The position numbers were made by a program, and so were the translations under genes. A stretch of 63,980 nucleotides of DNA, counting the filler, from Licmophora abbreviata (taxonomy: Eukaryota), in NCBI GenBank assembly GCA_900291995.1. It is 17 parts of 17 records of this genome, joined end to end, with 100 filler letters (N's around TTAATTAATTAA, not from the genome) between each part and the next. Parts side by side here need not be neighbours in the genome. Positions count along the whole stretch, not along the records: positions 29,240 to 30,703 come from OLMU01004736.1; positions 30,804 to 36,085 come from OLMU01004737.1; positions 36,186 to 40,126 come from OLMU01004738.1; 14 more parts are not named here. One strand, written 5' to 3'. Below are positions 29,410 through 40,226 of this stretch, one piece after another; position 1 is the first letter of the stretch, and the number at the start of each line of letters is the position of its first letter. Under the pieces are notes generated by a model. The model was not told the origin of the DNA. It made no database searches and saw only the letters and a program-made list of their open reading frames with translations.

Positions 29410-30166
29410 CACACAGCCCCCGCTTCCTTGAGTTTCGACACGAGCTCGTCCACCGAGCCCACGATTTCACCGGCCTTGCGGGCGGGCGGTTCGATCGTCT
29501 CGAGGATCTCGAGACGCGGCGTCACGTCGACGCCGTAATCGGCGGCTGTCTTTTCATCGAGCGGCTTTTTCTTGGCCTTCATGATGTTGGGCAGCGAGGC
29601 GTAGCGCGGCTCGTTCAGGCGCAGGTCGGTGGTGATGATGGTGGGCAACTTCACCTTGACGGTCTGCAAGCCGCCATCGACTTCGCGGGTGACCACGGCG
29701 TGATCGCCTTCGACGTCGATATGGTTGGCATAGGTCGCCTGTGACCAGCCCAGAAGCGCCGACAGCATCTGCCCGGTGGCGTTCATGTCATTGTCGATGG
29801 CCTGCTTGCCGCAGAGCACGAGGCCCGGCTGTTCCTCGGCCACGACCTTGGCGAGGATCTTGGCGACGGCCAGAGGCTCGATATCGGTGTGCACGTCATC
29901 GGCAGCCACCACGAGGATGGCGCGGTCTGCGCCCATGGCCAGTGCCGTGCGCAGGGTTTCCTGCGCCTGCTTGACGCCGATCGACACCGCGATCACCTCA
30001 TCGGCCTTGCCGGCCTCTTTCAGGCGGATGGCCTCTTCCACTGCGATCTCGTCGAACGGGTTCATCGACATTTTCACGTTGGCAAGATCGACACCGCTGC
30101 CGTCCGCCTTGACGCGGACCTTGACGTGTAGTCGATCACGCGTTTGACAGGCACAAGCACCTTCAT
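29409..30166 (-). CDS. etfB: Electron transfer flavoprotein beta subunit (frameshift near 30127, probably sequencing error)
   Basis: [13 protein letters not shown] start, [39 protein letters not shown]. One missing base in the conserved YNVK. Confidence 0.95.
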
Positions 30167-30340
30167 TGGCATGGTCTCCCTATGGATGGTTGAAGCGTCG
30201 CGGGGCGACTCTTCGGAATGCTCTCCGGGGTTTGATACTGGTTTGTACCAGCGGGAAACAGGGTAAAATCGTCACGTTTGCGTCCCGCGACGTCGCGTTT
30301 GCGGTTTTGAGGCGGGAAATATCGGGACCGGGCGCGCGGC

Positions 30341-31258
30341 TTAGGCGGCGAGACCGTGCCGGGTGGCGAGCTCGCCCAGAACCGAGGTCGGTGGGGGTAC
30401 GCCGTCATATTTGATCTTGAGCAGCTGGCGGCACCGGCGCCCGTAGAAATGAATCGAAACGGTATCGTCGCGCACGAGGTTCCACGTGAGTGCTGCGCGG
30501 CGGAAATAGAGCCGCCGGTCTGCAAAGCCCACGGGGTAGAGCACATGGGGCTCGAGCGCGTGGCGAAACTCGTCATGTTTCTTGAGGAAATGCGAGAGCG
30601 CACGCGGCCCCCAGACGCCCCAGGGCATTTCGGAGACATGCATCGGATCGCCTGCAGCGTGGCGTGTCTTGATCTCGCGGACCTGTGCGCGGCGCATCCA
30701 GACNNNNNNNNNNNNNNNNNNNNNNNNNNNNNNNNNNNNNNNNNNNNTTAATTAATTAANNNNNNNNNNNNNNNNNNNNNNNNNNNNNNNNNNNNNNNNN
30801 NNNCGGCGCATCCAGACGGGGATGGTGTATTCATCGTCGCACATGTCGATCAGCGCCTTGAGCGTGGGCGAGGACGCGGGCAGGGCGAGCACGCCATTGG
30901 CCACCACGTCATCGGTTTCACGCCCGAAGAAATAGCCGTTCTTCGGTTCGAACGGCTTGAGGCAATAGGCATCGGTATCCGACCAGACCAACCCGTCGTG
31001 ACGGGCCAGAAGGTGGTAGCGGAACTTGTCGGAATAGGGCGCGGGGCTGCCGGTGCGGTCATGGCGCAGCATGGTGTCGGGATGCGGCAGGATATCCGAG
31101 GCAGGGGCCATTTCCACACCGTCGGGCACGCCTTCGACCTTGCCGTAGGAAAACAGGACCACCTTGTGACCGGCATCGACGAAGGATTTGGTGCAGAGCC
31201 GCTCGATGAAAGACAGCGGCGGGCCATCCCAGAACATGGCCACGGTGGGTAACGACAT
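30341..31258 (-). CDS. DXD glycosyltransferase (GT32 / alpha-1,4-GT-like); spans a gap, contig ends overlap by 14 nt
   Basis: MFWDGPPLSFIERLCTKSF, YSDKFRYHLL, VWSDTD, WGVWGPRALS, SIHFY. Confidence 0.75.
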
Positions 31259-31461
31259 ATCGGCGTCCTCGTACTGATCGGCCCGAAGGTGGTCCGGGTG
31301 GGCCAATAGAGCAGGGCTAGCATAATTGCCCGAACCGCTCCAGATCAGATTCATTGCGCCGGGTGAAGGACTTGGTGGATGTTCCCCAAAGGCCACTGGC
31401 CTGCATCGGGCACGTCACCGGGCCTTGCGGCCCGGCTCGGTTTGTGTGGCGCTGACAAGGG

Positions 31462-32034
31462 TCAGCGGTTGGCGCCGGGAATCCAAAGAACGTCGGATGT
31501 GCCGCCGTCATTCGAGACGCGGGCGGCGACGAAGAACCAGTCGCTCAGGCGGTTGAGGTATTTGACCGCGTCGGGGTTCACCTCTTCCATGGTGGCAAGC
31601 TCCACGGTCAGGCGTTCGGCGCGGCGCGATACGGTACGGCACAGGTGCAGATAGGACGCAAGCGGGGTGCCGCCGGGCAGGATGAAGCTGCGCAGGGGTT
31701 CCAGCGTCTTGTTCATCGTGTCGATTTCCGATTCGAGCCGGGTGACCTGATTGGCGGTGACGCGCAGGGGGGTATATTCGGCCTCGGCATCGCGGGCCAT
31801 GTCGGGACGGCACAGATCGGCGCCCAGATCGAAGAGGTCGTTCTGGATGCGGGCCAGCGCCTCGTCGGTTTCGCCCTTGGCATGCAGGCGGGCGAGCCCG
31901 AGGGTGGCGTTCACCTCATCGACGGTGCCATAGGCGGTGACGCGCATGGAATGTTTCGCCACCCGCGCGCCATTGCCGAGAGCGGTTTCGCCGTGGTCGC
32001 CTGTCTTGGTGTAGATCCTGTTGAGAACCACCAT
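31462..32034 (-). CDS. PduO-type cob(I)alamin adenosyltransferase
   Basis: IYTKTGDHGET, YGTVDEVN, QNDLFDLGADL, RTVSRRAER, YLNRLSDWFF. Confidence 0.93.
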   Translation of the reverse strand: MVVLNRIYTKTGDHGETALGNGARVAKHSMRVTAYGTVDEVNATLGLARLHAKGETDEALARIQNDLFDLGADLCRPDMARDAEAEYTPLRVTANQVTRLESEIDTMNKTLEPLRSFILPGGTPLASYLHLCRTVSRRAERLTVELATMEEVNPDAVKYLNRLSDWFFVAARVSNDGGTSDVLWIPGANR

Positions 32035-32035
32035 G

Positions 32036-32245
32036 TCACTGTCCCCCCTGTCTGCGGATGAAAACGAAAAGTAGGATGAGGATCACCGCGACGAATTGCG
32101 CGATGATGCGCCAGCGCATGAACTTGTTCGAGCGCTTGGCGTTGTCGAGACCTTCCTTGCCGAAGGTGCCGATGCCCAGTGCAAGGATCACGGCCACGCC
32201 AAGGCACGCGGCGGCGGCAATGAGGAAGAGCGGATCTGTCAGCAT
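32036..32245 (-). CDS. Twin-TM small protein (HIG1-like)
   Basis: Two hydrophobic helices around SNKFMRWRIIAQF. Confidence 0.85.
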   Translation of the reverse strand: MLTDPLFLIAAAACLGVAVILALGIGTFGKEGLDNAKRSNKFMRWRIIAQFVAVILILLFVFIRRQGGQ

Positions 32246-32343
32246 CGGGTCGGGCTCCTTCGAATCGGGTCTTTGGCCCATCTAGGGTGCCGCGACCGAA
32301 AAGCGAAAGCGAATTTTCCCCGGCCGCATGTCATACGGGGCCA

Positions 32344-33177
32344 TCAGGCCCGCGACAACACCCAGTCCAGCGCACGGGTCGGCAGGATGCGGCGCAGAAA
32401 GCCCATCATGTAGGTGGGCGTCGTGACGTAATAGCGGGGCCGGGGCCGGGGAGAGGTGAGCGCATGGATCAGTTTCGCGGTCACTGCAGAGGCGGGCAGC
32501 TCGAACGCGTCGGGGGTGCCGCTGTCCTTGTAGAGCCGTTTGCGCAGCTGGTCGCGATAGGCGTCAGCGCGCGGGGATTTTTCCCAGTCGATCCAGCGTT
32601 CGAAATGTGGAATGGAGTTCACCCGGATTTTCGAGGTGACGGGGCCGGGTTCGATCAGGATGACATGGATGCCGGTATTGCGCATTTCGATGCGCAGCGT
32701 GTCGGTCAGCCCTTCGAGCGCGAATTTCGTGGAATTGTAAGCGCCGCGCCAAGGCAGTGTGACGAAGCCCAGCACCGAGGAGCATTGCACGATGCGGCCA
32801 TGGCCTTGGGCGCGCATCACCGGGATCACGCGGCGCGTCAGCGCGTGCCAGCCGAAGAAATTGGCCTGAAAGATGTCGCGCAGTGCATCGGTGGGCAGGT
32901 CTTCGACGAGGCCGGGGCAGCCAAAGGCGCCGTTGTTGAACAGCGCATCGAGCGTGCCGCCGGTGGCCGAAAGCACTTCGGACAGGCCCGAAGCGATGGT
33001 TGCCTCGTCCTGATAGTCGATCAGCGGGCTGTCGAAGCCTTCGGCGGTCAGGCGCGCGCAATCCTCGGGGCGGCGGCAAGAGGCGAAGACGCGCCAGCCC
33101 TGCGCGCGAAGGCCCAAGGCGGCGTCATATCCGATGCCCGAAGAGCAGCCGGTGATGAGGATCGTTTTCTGGCTCAT
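32344..33177 (-). CDS. Short-chain dehydrogenase/reductase
   Basis: TGCSSGIG, NNGA, YNSTK catalytic motif. Confidence 0.93.
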   Translation of the reverse strand: MSQKTILITGCSSGIGYDAALGLRAQGWRVFASCRRPEDCARLTAEGFDSPLIDYQDEATIASGLSEVLSATGGTLDALFNNGAFGCPGLVEDLPTDALRDIFQANFFGWHALTRRVIPVMRAQGHGRIVQCSSVLGFVTLPWRGAYNSTKFALEGLTDTLRIEMRNTGIHVILIEPGPVTSKIRVNSIPHFERWIDWEKSPRADAYRDQLRKRLYKDSGTPDAFELPASAVTAKLIHALTSPRPRPRYYVTTPTYMMGFLRRILPTRALDWVLSRA

Positions 33178-33214
33178 GGCTGCAAGCTATGGCCGCAACC
33201 GCAGGGCGATGCAA

Positions 33215-33865
33215 TCAGTTTGCCGAGGCGGCCACCAGACCGCCGGCCATCCATCCGACGCGTCCGGTTTCGACCACCCGAAGTTTGAGCCAGCCATTGC
33301 CGGGGTCTTGCAGGACAGCGACTTCGTCGCCGCGTGTGAGCCGGGCGATGCGGTCATATTGCGTGCCGGGACCGGCGCGCATGTTCACGGCTGTGCCAGC
33401 GATGGTGCGAATATCGTCGGGCGGATCAGTCGGCGCGGTGTCGAGGCGGATCGGGTCCGACAGGCCGCGCAATGTGAGGCCGGCGATCTCGGTCTGGGCC
33501 ACGGCGGCGGTGACAGCGGCCTCTGCGGGTTGCGCGGTGATGACCGGCAGGCCGGTCACGGGAGCGGCAAGCGTGTCGGCATTGGCCGAGGCGAGTGTGA
33601 CCAAGGTTTGTGGGCCGGGTTCGATGCCGGGCGCGGCTTTGCGAGGCGCGGTATCCTGCGCCACGGGCTCAACCGCCGGAGCGACGTCACCAGTGCCGGA
33701 AAGCTGGGCTATGTGCGTGCGCACAGGGCGCGCCATCGGGCGCACATCATCCAGAAGTGCACGGGCCTGAATGGAATTGGTGCGGGGTGTGTAATCGGCC
33801 CCGCCACTCAGTTCGTAAAATGACCATCCCAAAAAGGCAAAAGTTATTAAAATAAAGCGCCACAT
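33215..33865 (-). CDS. Membrane-anchored SH3b-domain protein
   Basis: N-terminal TM (MWRFILITFAFLGWSFYELSGG), Ala/Pro-rich linker, C-terminal VNMRAGPGTQY...GWLKL...GWMA. Confidence 0.88.
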   Translation of the reverse strand: MWRFILITFAFLGWSFYELSGGADYTPRTNSIQARALLDDVRPMARPVRTHIAQLSGTGDVAPAVEPVAQDTAPRKAAPGIEPGPQTLVTLASANADTLAAPVTGLPVITAQPAEAAVTAAVAQTEIAGLTLRGLSDPIRLDTAPTDPPDDIRTIAGTAVNMRAGPGTQYDRIARLTRGDEVAVLQDPGNGWLKLRVVETGRVGWMAGGLVAASAN

Positions 33866-34112
33866 GCGCGTCCCCCCAATACTTAACAGTCGATGATCCC
33901 GTGACAGCAGCGCGCGGAGACCCGTCTCACTCGCCACTGTGGCGGCAGGAGCAGACACACACATCATAAACGATTCGTCCGGCAATGGGGGCGGAATCTG
34001 GCTAAAAAATGGATCTGCGGGAAATTGTGCCCCAAGGGCGGGCCTGCACTCTGGCGATGGGAGGCGGGCGCTGATATTGCGGAACGGCCTTTCAGAGGGG
34101 AGACGTGCAAGA

Positions 34113-35096
34113 ATGAGCAGCGGGCTGCACAGGGCGGGATATTTTCTGGCCGCTGCCTTCAGGGAATATGCGCCGGGCGCACGGGCCCTGGCGCGCAGGC
34201 GGCTGGCGGCGCGGCTGCCTGAGCGGCTGGAGGATGTGCCGGACGAGGTGCTGGAGCGGGTGGCCTATTACAATCGGCTGATTGCGCCGGTGGATGATCT
34301 GCCGCCGGTCCGGTTGGGCGATATGTCGATCAGCACCACGGATCGCAGCGGCAAGATGTATTACATCGATCTGATGCGTGACGCGCAGGGGTTTGGCCCG
34401 GAGTTCCGCATCGCACCGCTTTTTGGGGATGTGATCCATGTGCCCGATGCGCCGTCGCTGGTCAAAAGCCGGCCGATCGCGGGCGATGTGGCGCATTCGG
34501 TTCTGTTGCCGCTCGATGCGCTGCGGCATTTCCACTTTCCCAAGGACAGGCGGCGCTGGGCCGACAAGCGCCCCACGGCTGTGTGGCGGGGGATGTTGAA
34601 CGGGCAGGCGCCGAGGATCGCCGCCGTGCGGCTTTATGCGGACAGCCCCGTGCATGATATCGGGCAGGTCCACGAGGCCGAAGGGCTGGCGCCGCCGAAG
34701 GGCTGGCTGAGCATCGCGCAGCAGCTCGAGCATCGCTATGTGCTGTCGCTCGAGGGCAATGACGTGGCGACCAATCTGAAATGGATCATGGCGTCGAACT
34801 CGGTCGCGTTGGCGCCGCGGCTGGAGTATGAAACGTGGTACATGGAGGGGCAGTTGGAGCCGGGGGTGCATTTCGTTCAGATCCGCGCCGATCTGGCCGA
34901 TCTGGACGAGCGGATCGCGTGGTGCGAGGCCAATCCCCGTGCCGTGGCCGAGATCGTGCAAAATGCGCAGGCTTGGGTGCGGCAGTTCCGCGATCCGGCG
35001 CGCGAAAGGCTGATTGCGGCGCTGGTCTTGCAGAAATACGCGGAGTTTACCGGCGGGCTGGGCTTGACCTCCTCCCCTGTGAGGCTGTTTACGTAG
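34113..35096 (+). CDS. GT90 (CAP10/LpsA-like) glycosyltransferase
   Basis: VKSRPI, AVWRG, YVLSLEGNDVATNLKWIMASNS, ETWYMEGQLEPGVHF. Confidence 0.8.
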   Translation: MSSGLHRAGYFLAAAFREYAPGARALARRRLAARLPERLEDVPDEVLERVAYYNRLIAPVDDLPPVRLGDMSISTTDRSGKMYYIDLMRDAQGFGPEFRIAPLFGDVIHVPDAPSLVKSRPIAGDVAHSVLLPLDALRHFHFPKDRRRWADKRPTAVWRGMLNGQAPRIAAVRLYADSPVHDIGQVHEAEGLAPPKGWLSIAQQLEHRYVLSLEGNDVATNLKWIMASNSVALAPRLEYETWYMEGQLEPGVHFVQIRADLADLDERIAWCEANPRAVAEIVQNAQAWVRQFRDPARERLIAALVLQKYAEFTGGLGLTSSPVRLFT

Positions 35097-35159
35097 ATCA
35101 AGCACGAACACGCGGCGGGGGCTGGCCTTGATCCCTGCCCAGAGGGTATCAAGAGCAGC

Positions 35160-37687
35160 ATGAGCGACCTGATCGACGACGGGGCCGAGCCCGCAACCGA
35201 ATTCGCAGAGCCGCTGCGCCGCGCGATTGGCGAGCGGTATCTGACCTATGCGCTGAGCACGATCATGCATCGTGCGCTGCCCGATGCGCGTGACGGGCTG
35301 AAGCCGGTCCATCGGCGCATTCTTTATGCGATGCGCGAGCTGCGCCTGTCGAGCACCGGGGGGTTCCGTAAATCCGCCAAGATCAGCGGCGACGTGATGG
35401 GCAATTACCACCCGCATGGCGATGCCGCGATCTATGACGCGATGGCGCGTCTGGCGCAGGATTTCGCCGTGCGTTACCCGCTGGTGGATGGTCAGGGCAA
35501 TTTCGGCAATATCGACGGCGACAACCCCGCCGCCAGCCGATACACCGAAGCGCGCATGACGGCGGTGGCCGAGGCGCTGCTGGACGGGCTGAACGAGAAC
35601 GCGGTTGATTACCGGGACAATTACGACGGCACGCTGCGTGAGCCGATCGTTTTGCCGGCGTCCTTTCCCAACCTGTTGGCCAATGGCTCGTCGGGGATCG
35701 CGGTGGGCATGGCCACCAACATCCCGCCGCATAACATTTCGGAACTGGTGGATGCCTGTCTGCATCTGATCAAGGTGCCCGATGCGCGCGACGATACGCT
35801 GCTCAATTACATCCCCGGACCGGATTTCCCGACCGGTGGCGTGATCGTGGAGCCGCGCGAAAATATCGCGCAGGCCTATCGCACCGGGCGCGGCGCGTTC
35901 CGGCTGCGCTGCAAATGGGAGGTTGAGGATCTGGGCCGGGGCCAGTGGCAGATCGTTGTCACCGAGATCCCCTATCAGGTGCAGAAATCCAAGCTGGTGG
36001 AAAAGCTGGCGGAGGTGATCCAGACCAAGAAGGTGCCGATCCTCGCGGATATTCGCGATGAAAGCGCCGATGACGTGCGCATGGTNNNNNNNNNNNNNNN
36101 NNNNNNNNNNNNNNNNNNNNNNNNNNNNNTTAATTAATTAANNNNNNNNNNNNNNNNNNNNNNNNNNNNNNNNNNNNNNNNNNNNAGAACGTGGACCCCG
36201 AGGTGCTGATGGGGATGCTGTATCGCAACTCCGATCTGGAGGTGCGGTTCAGCCTGAACATGAACGTGCTGATCGACGGGGTCACGCCCAAGGTCTGTTC
36301 GCTCAAGGAGGTGCTGCGCGCCTTTCTGGATTTCCGGCGCGAGGTGCTGGAGCGGCGGTCGCGGCACCGGATGGCCAAGATCGACAACCGGCTGGAGGTG
36401 TTGCAGGGGCTGATTACCGCCTTCCTGAACCTCGACCGGGTGATTGAGATCATCCGCTATGACGACGATCCCAAGGTCGCGCTCATGTATGAGGACTGGA
36501 GCACACCGCATCAGGCCTCGTTGAGCCGGGCGATGACCGAGGCCGACTACCGCTCGCCGCTGGAGGGGGTGGATATCGCGCAGCTGGTGCTGATCGCGGA
36601 TCCCGAGGCCGAGGCGATGGGCGTTCTGGCCGAAAGCACCGCCGCCACGCCGCGCGAGGTGCCGCACAGCTATGCGGGCCGGGAGAACGGGCTGTCGGAT
36701 GTGCAGGCCGAAGCGATCCTGAACATGCGCCTGCGCAGCTTGCGGCGGCTGGAGGAAGATGCGCTGGTGCGCGAGCGCGACACCCTGATGGAAGAGCGCG
36801 CGGGGCTTGAGGATCTGCTGGAGGATGAGACGCTGCAATGGGATGCGATCTCGGAGCAGCTGCGGCAGGTCAAGAAGACATTCGGGCGCGACTACGTGCT
36901 GGATGGCAAGAATGTGGGCGTGCGCCGCACCCAGTTCGCCGAGGCCGGAGAGGTCGAGGAGGTGCCGCTGGAGGCGATGATCGACCGGGAGCCGATCACG
37001 GTGGTCTGCTCGAAGATGGGCTGGATCCGGGCGATGTCGGGCCATATCGACCTGAACCGCGAGTTGAAATTCAAGGATGGCGACGAGGGACGCTTCGTGT
37101 TCCATGCCGAAACCACCGACCGGCTTCTCGTGTTCGGCACCAACGGGCGGTTCTACACGTTGAGTGCCGCCAACCTGCCCGGCGGGCGCGGCATGGGCGA
37201 GCCGCTGCGCCTGATGGTCGATCTGCCCAACGAGGCCGAGATCGTCGATCTGTTCATCCATCGCCCCGGCACCAAGCTGTTGGTGGCGTCAAGTGCGGGC
37301 GATGGTTTCGTGGTGCCCGAGGACGAGGTCGTGGCCCAGACCCGAAGCGGCAAACAGGTGCTGAACGTGCGCGACGATGTGCGCGCGAAAGTCTGCACCA
37401 AGGTCGCGGGGGATCACGTGGCCTGCGTCGGTGAAAACCGCAAGGTGCTGATCTTTGCGCTCGATGAGCTGCCCGAGATGGGGCGCGGCAAGGGGGTCCG
37501 GTTGCAGAAATACAAGGATGGTGGGCTGAGCGATGCCACCACCTTTGCGCTGGCCGACGGGTTGAGCTGGCGCGATCCGGCAGGCCGCACCCGCACCGAG
37601 ACCGATCTGGCCGAGTGGACCAGCAAGCGCGCGAGCGCGGGCCGCATGGCCCCAAGGGGCTTCCCGAGGGACAATCGCTTCACCTGA
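35160..37687 (+). CDS. parC: DNA topoisomerase IV subunit A (spans a gap)
   Basis: [31 protein letters not shown] (catalytic Tyr); C-terminal pinwheel ending [14 protein letters not shown] with no GyrA box. Confidence 0.95.
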
Positions 37688-37802
37688 TTTTCCTGCGAAT
37701 CGCCGCTCTGTTGCCATAAACTTTGCCAAAATTCGGGATATCCCGAGCGTGTCGATCCGCCTGAGCCACAACGGGTGCGAGTGCAACGCGAGAGGTAACG
37801 AG

Positions 37803-39014
37803 ATGGCGACGCAGACGATGGCAGAGCCCGAGAAGGTCCTGCACGGGCAGTATGACGGAGAGCGCGGCGCGCTGCTGCGGCTTGCCGTCGTGACGGCGCT
37901 GCTGACCACGGTGACATTGGGGATTTACCGGTTCTGGGCCAGAACGCGCATCCGGCGCTATGTCTGGTCGTCGATCAGCGACGGGCGCGACAGTTTCGAA
38001 TATACCGGCACCGGGCTTGAGAAATTCCTCGGCTTCCTGATGGCGGTGGTGCTTCTGGCCGTCTATCTGGGCGTGGTGCAGATGATCCTGTTCTATTTTG
38101 GCCTGACGCTGTTGGGTGAGCCGCAGACACCGGAACAGGCGATGCTGCAATCGGTGGCGTTCTCGATCACCTTCGTCGCGGTCCTGCCGCTGATCTTTTT
38201 CGCGCAATACCGCGTGCGGCGCTACAAGCTGGCGCGCACCCGCTGGCGGGATATCCGGTTCGGGGCCGAAAAGGGGGCGTGGGGCTATGCGTTTCGGGCT
38301 ATGGGGCACTGGCTGCTGACGATCCTGTCGCTTGGGCTTTTGCTGCCATGGCAGACATGGCGGCTCGAGCGCTACATGACCGACCGAAGCTGGTACGGAG
38401 ACGCGCCGTTCCAACAGGGGGGCCGGTGGACCGCCCTGCTGCCGGCGATGAGCCATATCTATGCCGGTCTTTTCATCATGATCGGGGGCGGCATGCTGGC
38501 GGGGCTTCTGGGCCAGCCGGAAAGCGGTGGCGCGGTGGCGGTGCTTGGCTTTGTGTGGTTGCTGGTGGGCATCGTCGTTTACCGGGTGAAGGCGTTCATC
38601 TACCTGACCGAGAACAAGATTCTGGATGGCAATATCTGGTTCGAGCTGCACATCCGCGCGACGCCCATCGTGTCGACGGTGTTCCTGGGCGGTCTGATGG
38701 TGGGAATTATCACGGTGCTGATCTTTGGCGGGCTGGGGGCGGCGGTCATGTTCCTGCTGGTGCCTGCGGTGATGCTGGGAGAAGGCGCGGTGTTCATCGC
38801 TGTGGTGGCGATCGGGGCGCTGTATCTTCTGGCATATGCGGTCTCGGCGTCGCTGGTGCTGGTCTGGATTCTGCAGCCGATCATCCATCAGGTGGTCGAG
38901 GCGGTCACGATCCGCAATGCCGACGAGTTGGACTATATCGAGCAGCGCGGCCATGACACCGGCGCGGATGCCGAAGGCTTTGCCGATGCGCTGGATGTGG
39001 GCGGCGCGATCTGA
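37803..39014 (+). CDS. DUF898 / YjgN-family inner membrane protein
   Basis: TLGIYRFWA, FEYTGTGLE, RTRWRDIRF, LSLGLLLPW; multi-TM. Confidence 0.85.
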   Translation: MATQTMAEPEKVLHGQYDGERGALLRLAVVTALLTTVTLGIYRFWARTRIRRYVWSSISDGRDSFEYTGTGLEKFLGFLMAVVLLAVYLGVVQMILFYFGLTLLGEPQTPEQAMLQSVAFSITFVAVLPLIFFAQYRVRRYKLARTRWRDIRFGAEKGAWGYAFRAMGHWLLTILSLGLLLPWQTWRLERYMTDRSWYGDAPFQQGGRWTALLPAMSHIYAGLFIMIGGGMLAGLLGQPESGGAVAVLGFVWLLVGIVVYRVKAFIYLTENKILDGNIWFELHIRATPIVSTVFLGGLMVGIITVLIFGGLGAAVMFLLVPAVMLGEGAVFIAVVAIGALYLLAYAVSASLVLVWILQPIIHQVVEAVTIRNADELDYIEQRGHDTGADAEGFADALDVGGAI

Positions 39015-40126
39015 TGCCGGGTGTGAGGGCACGCTATTTTGACGGACAGAGTGCCGGGCGGCACGAGGTTGAACTGGTGCTGGACGAGGTGGGCGGGCAG
39101 TTGGTGTTCGATGGTCCGACCCTTGGGGATGGCCCGCATCATTGGCCCTTCGCTCGGCTGCGCAGGCAACGGGATCAGGCGCGCAAGGGCGGGCTGACCC
39201 TGATGTTGCACGCGGCAACCGAGGACGAGGTGCCGCGAGATCCCGCGCGGCTGACGGTGAATGATCCGGGCACCATCGCGCGGCTGCGCCGTCTGTGCCC
39301 CGATCTCGACAAGCGCGACCTGCACCAAGGCACATGGGGGACGGATCGCGAGGCGCGGTGCGCTGGCGGTGGCGGCCGTGGGGCTGATCCTGTTCGTGAT
39401 CCTGCCGCACATGGCCGACACGATGGCAGACCTGATCCCCATCGAGCGCGAGATCGCCTTCGGCAAGGCGGTGACCGCGCAGCTGGAACAGGCGCTCGGG
39501 GCAGGGCGCGAAGAGGGGCTGACCTGCGATGATCCGGCGGGACATGCGGCGCTTGCGCGGATGCTCGCGCGGCTGACCGAGGGGCGGGACCTGCAGTACG
39601 ATCTTCAACTGCGGGTGTTCGATCACGAGATGGTCAACGCATTCGCCGCGCCCGGAGGTCAGGTGGTGATCCTGCGCGGATTGCTGGACGAGGCCAGCGG
39701 CCCCGATGCCGTGGCCGCCGTGCTGGCCCATGAGATCGGTCATGTGGAACGGCGCGACGCCACGCGCCATGCGCTGCGCGCGGCGGGATCGGCGGGGATC
39801 TTGTCGATGGTGCTGGGGGATGTCACCGGCGGCGCCTTTGCGGTGTTCCTCGGAGAGCAGCTGATCCACTCAAGCTATAGCCGCGAGGCTGAGGCACGGG
39901 CGGACCAGTTCGCTTTGGAGATGCTGAACGCGGCCCGGGTGGACAGCGGCGGGATGGCCGAGTTCTTTGACCATATCGGCGAGATGGAAGGCGAGGGGCT
40001 GCGCCTGCCCGAGTATCTGGCAAGCCATCCGCCAAGCGCCGACCGTGCCGAGGCCGCGCGCCGCAATGCAGATGCCCAAGGGGCCACCATGGCTGTGCTG
40101 GGGGATGAGGACTGGCAGGCGCTCAA
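39014..40126 (+). CDS. M48-family metallopeptidase (frameshift at G-run 39336-39340; 3' end in the gap)
   Basis: YFDGQSA N-terminus, VNAFAAPGG, AHEIGH (HExxH), YSREAEARAD, YLASHP. Confidence 0.88.
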
Positions 40127-40226
40127 NNNNNNNNNNNNNNNNNNNNNNNNNNNNNNNNNNNNNNNNNNNNTTAATTAATTAANNNNNNNNNNNNNNNNNN
40201 NNNNNNNNNNNNNNNNNNNNNNNNNN

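Noticed and set aside
36488..36691. ParC insertion as a mini-intein
   Set aside because: No N-terminal Cys/Ser, no His-Asn end, and too short for a Hint fold.
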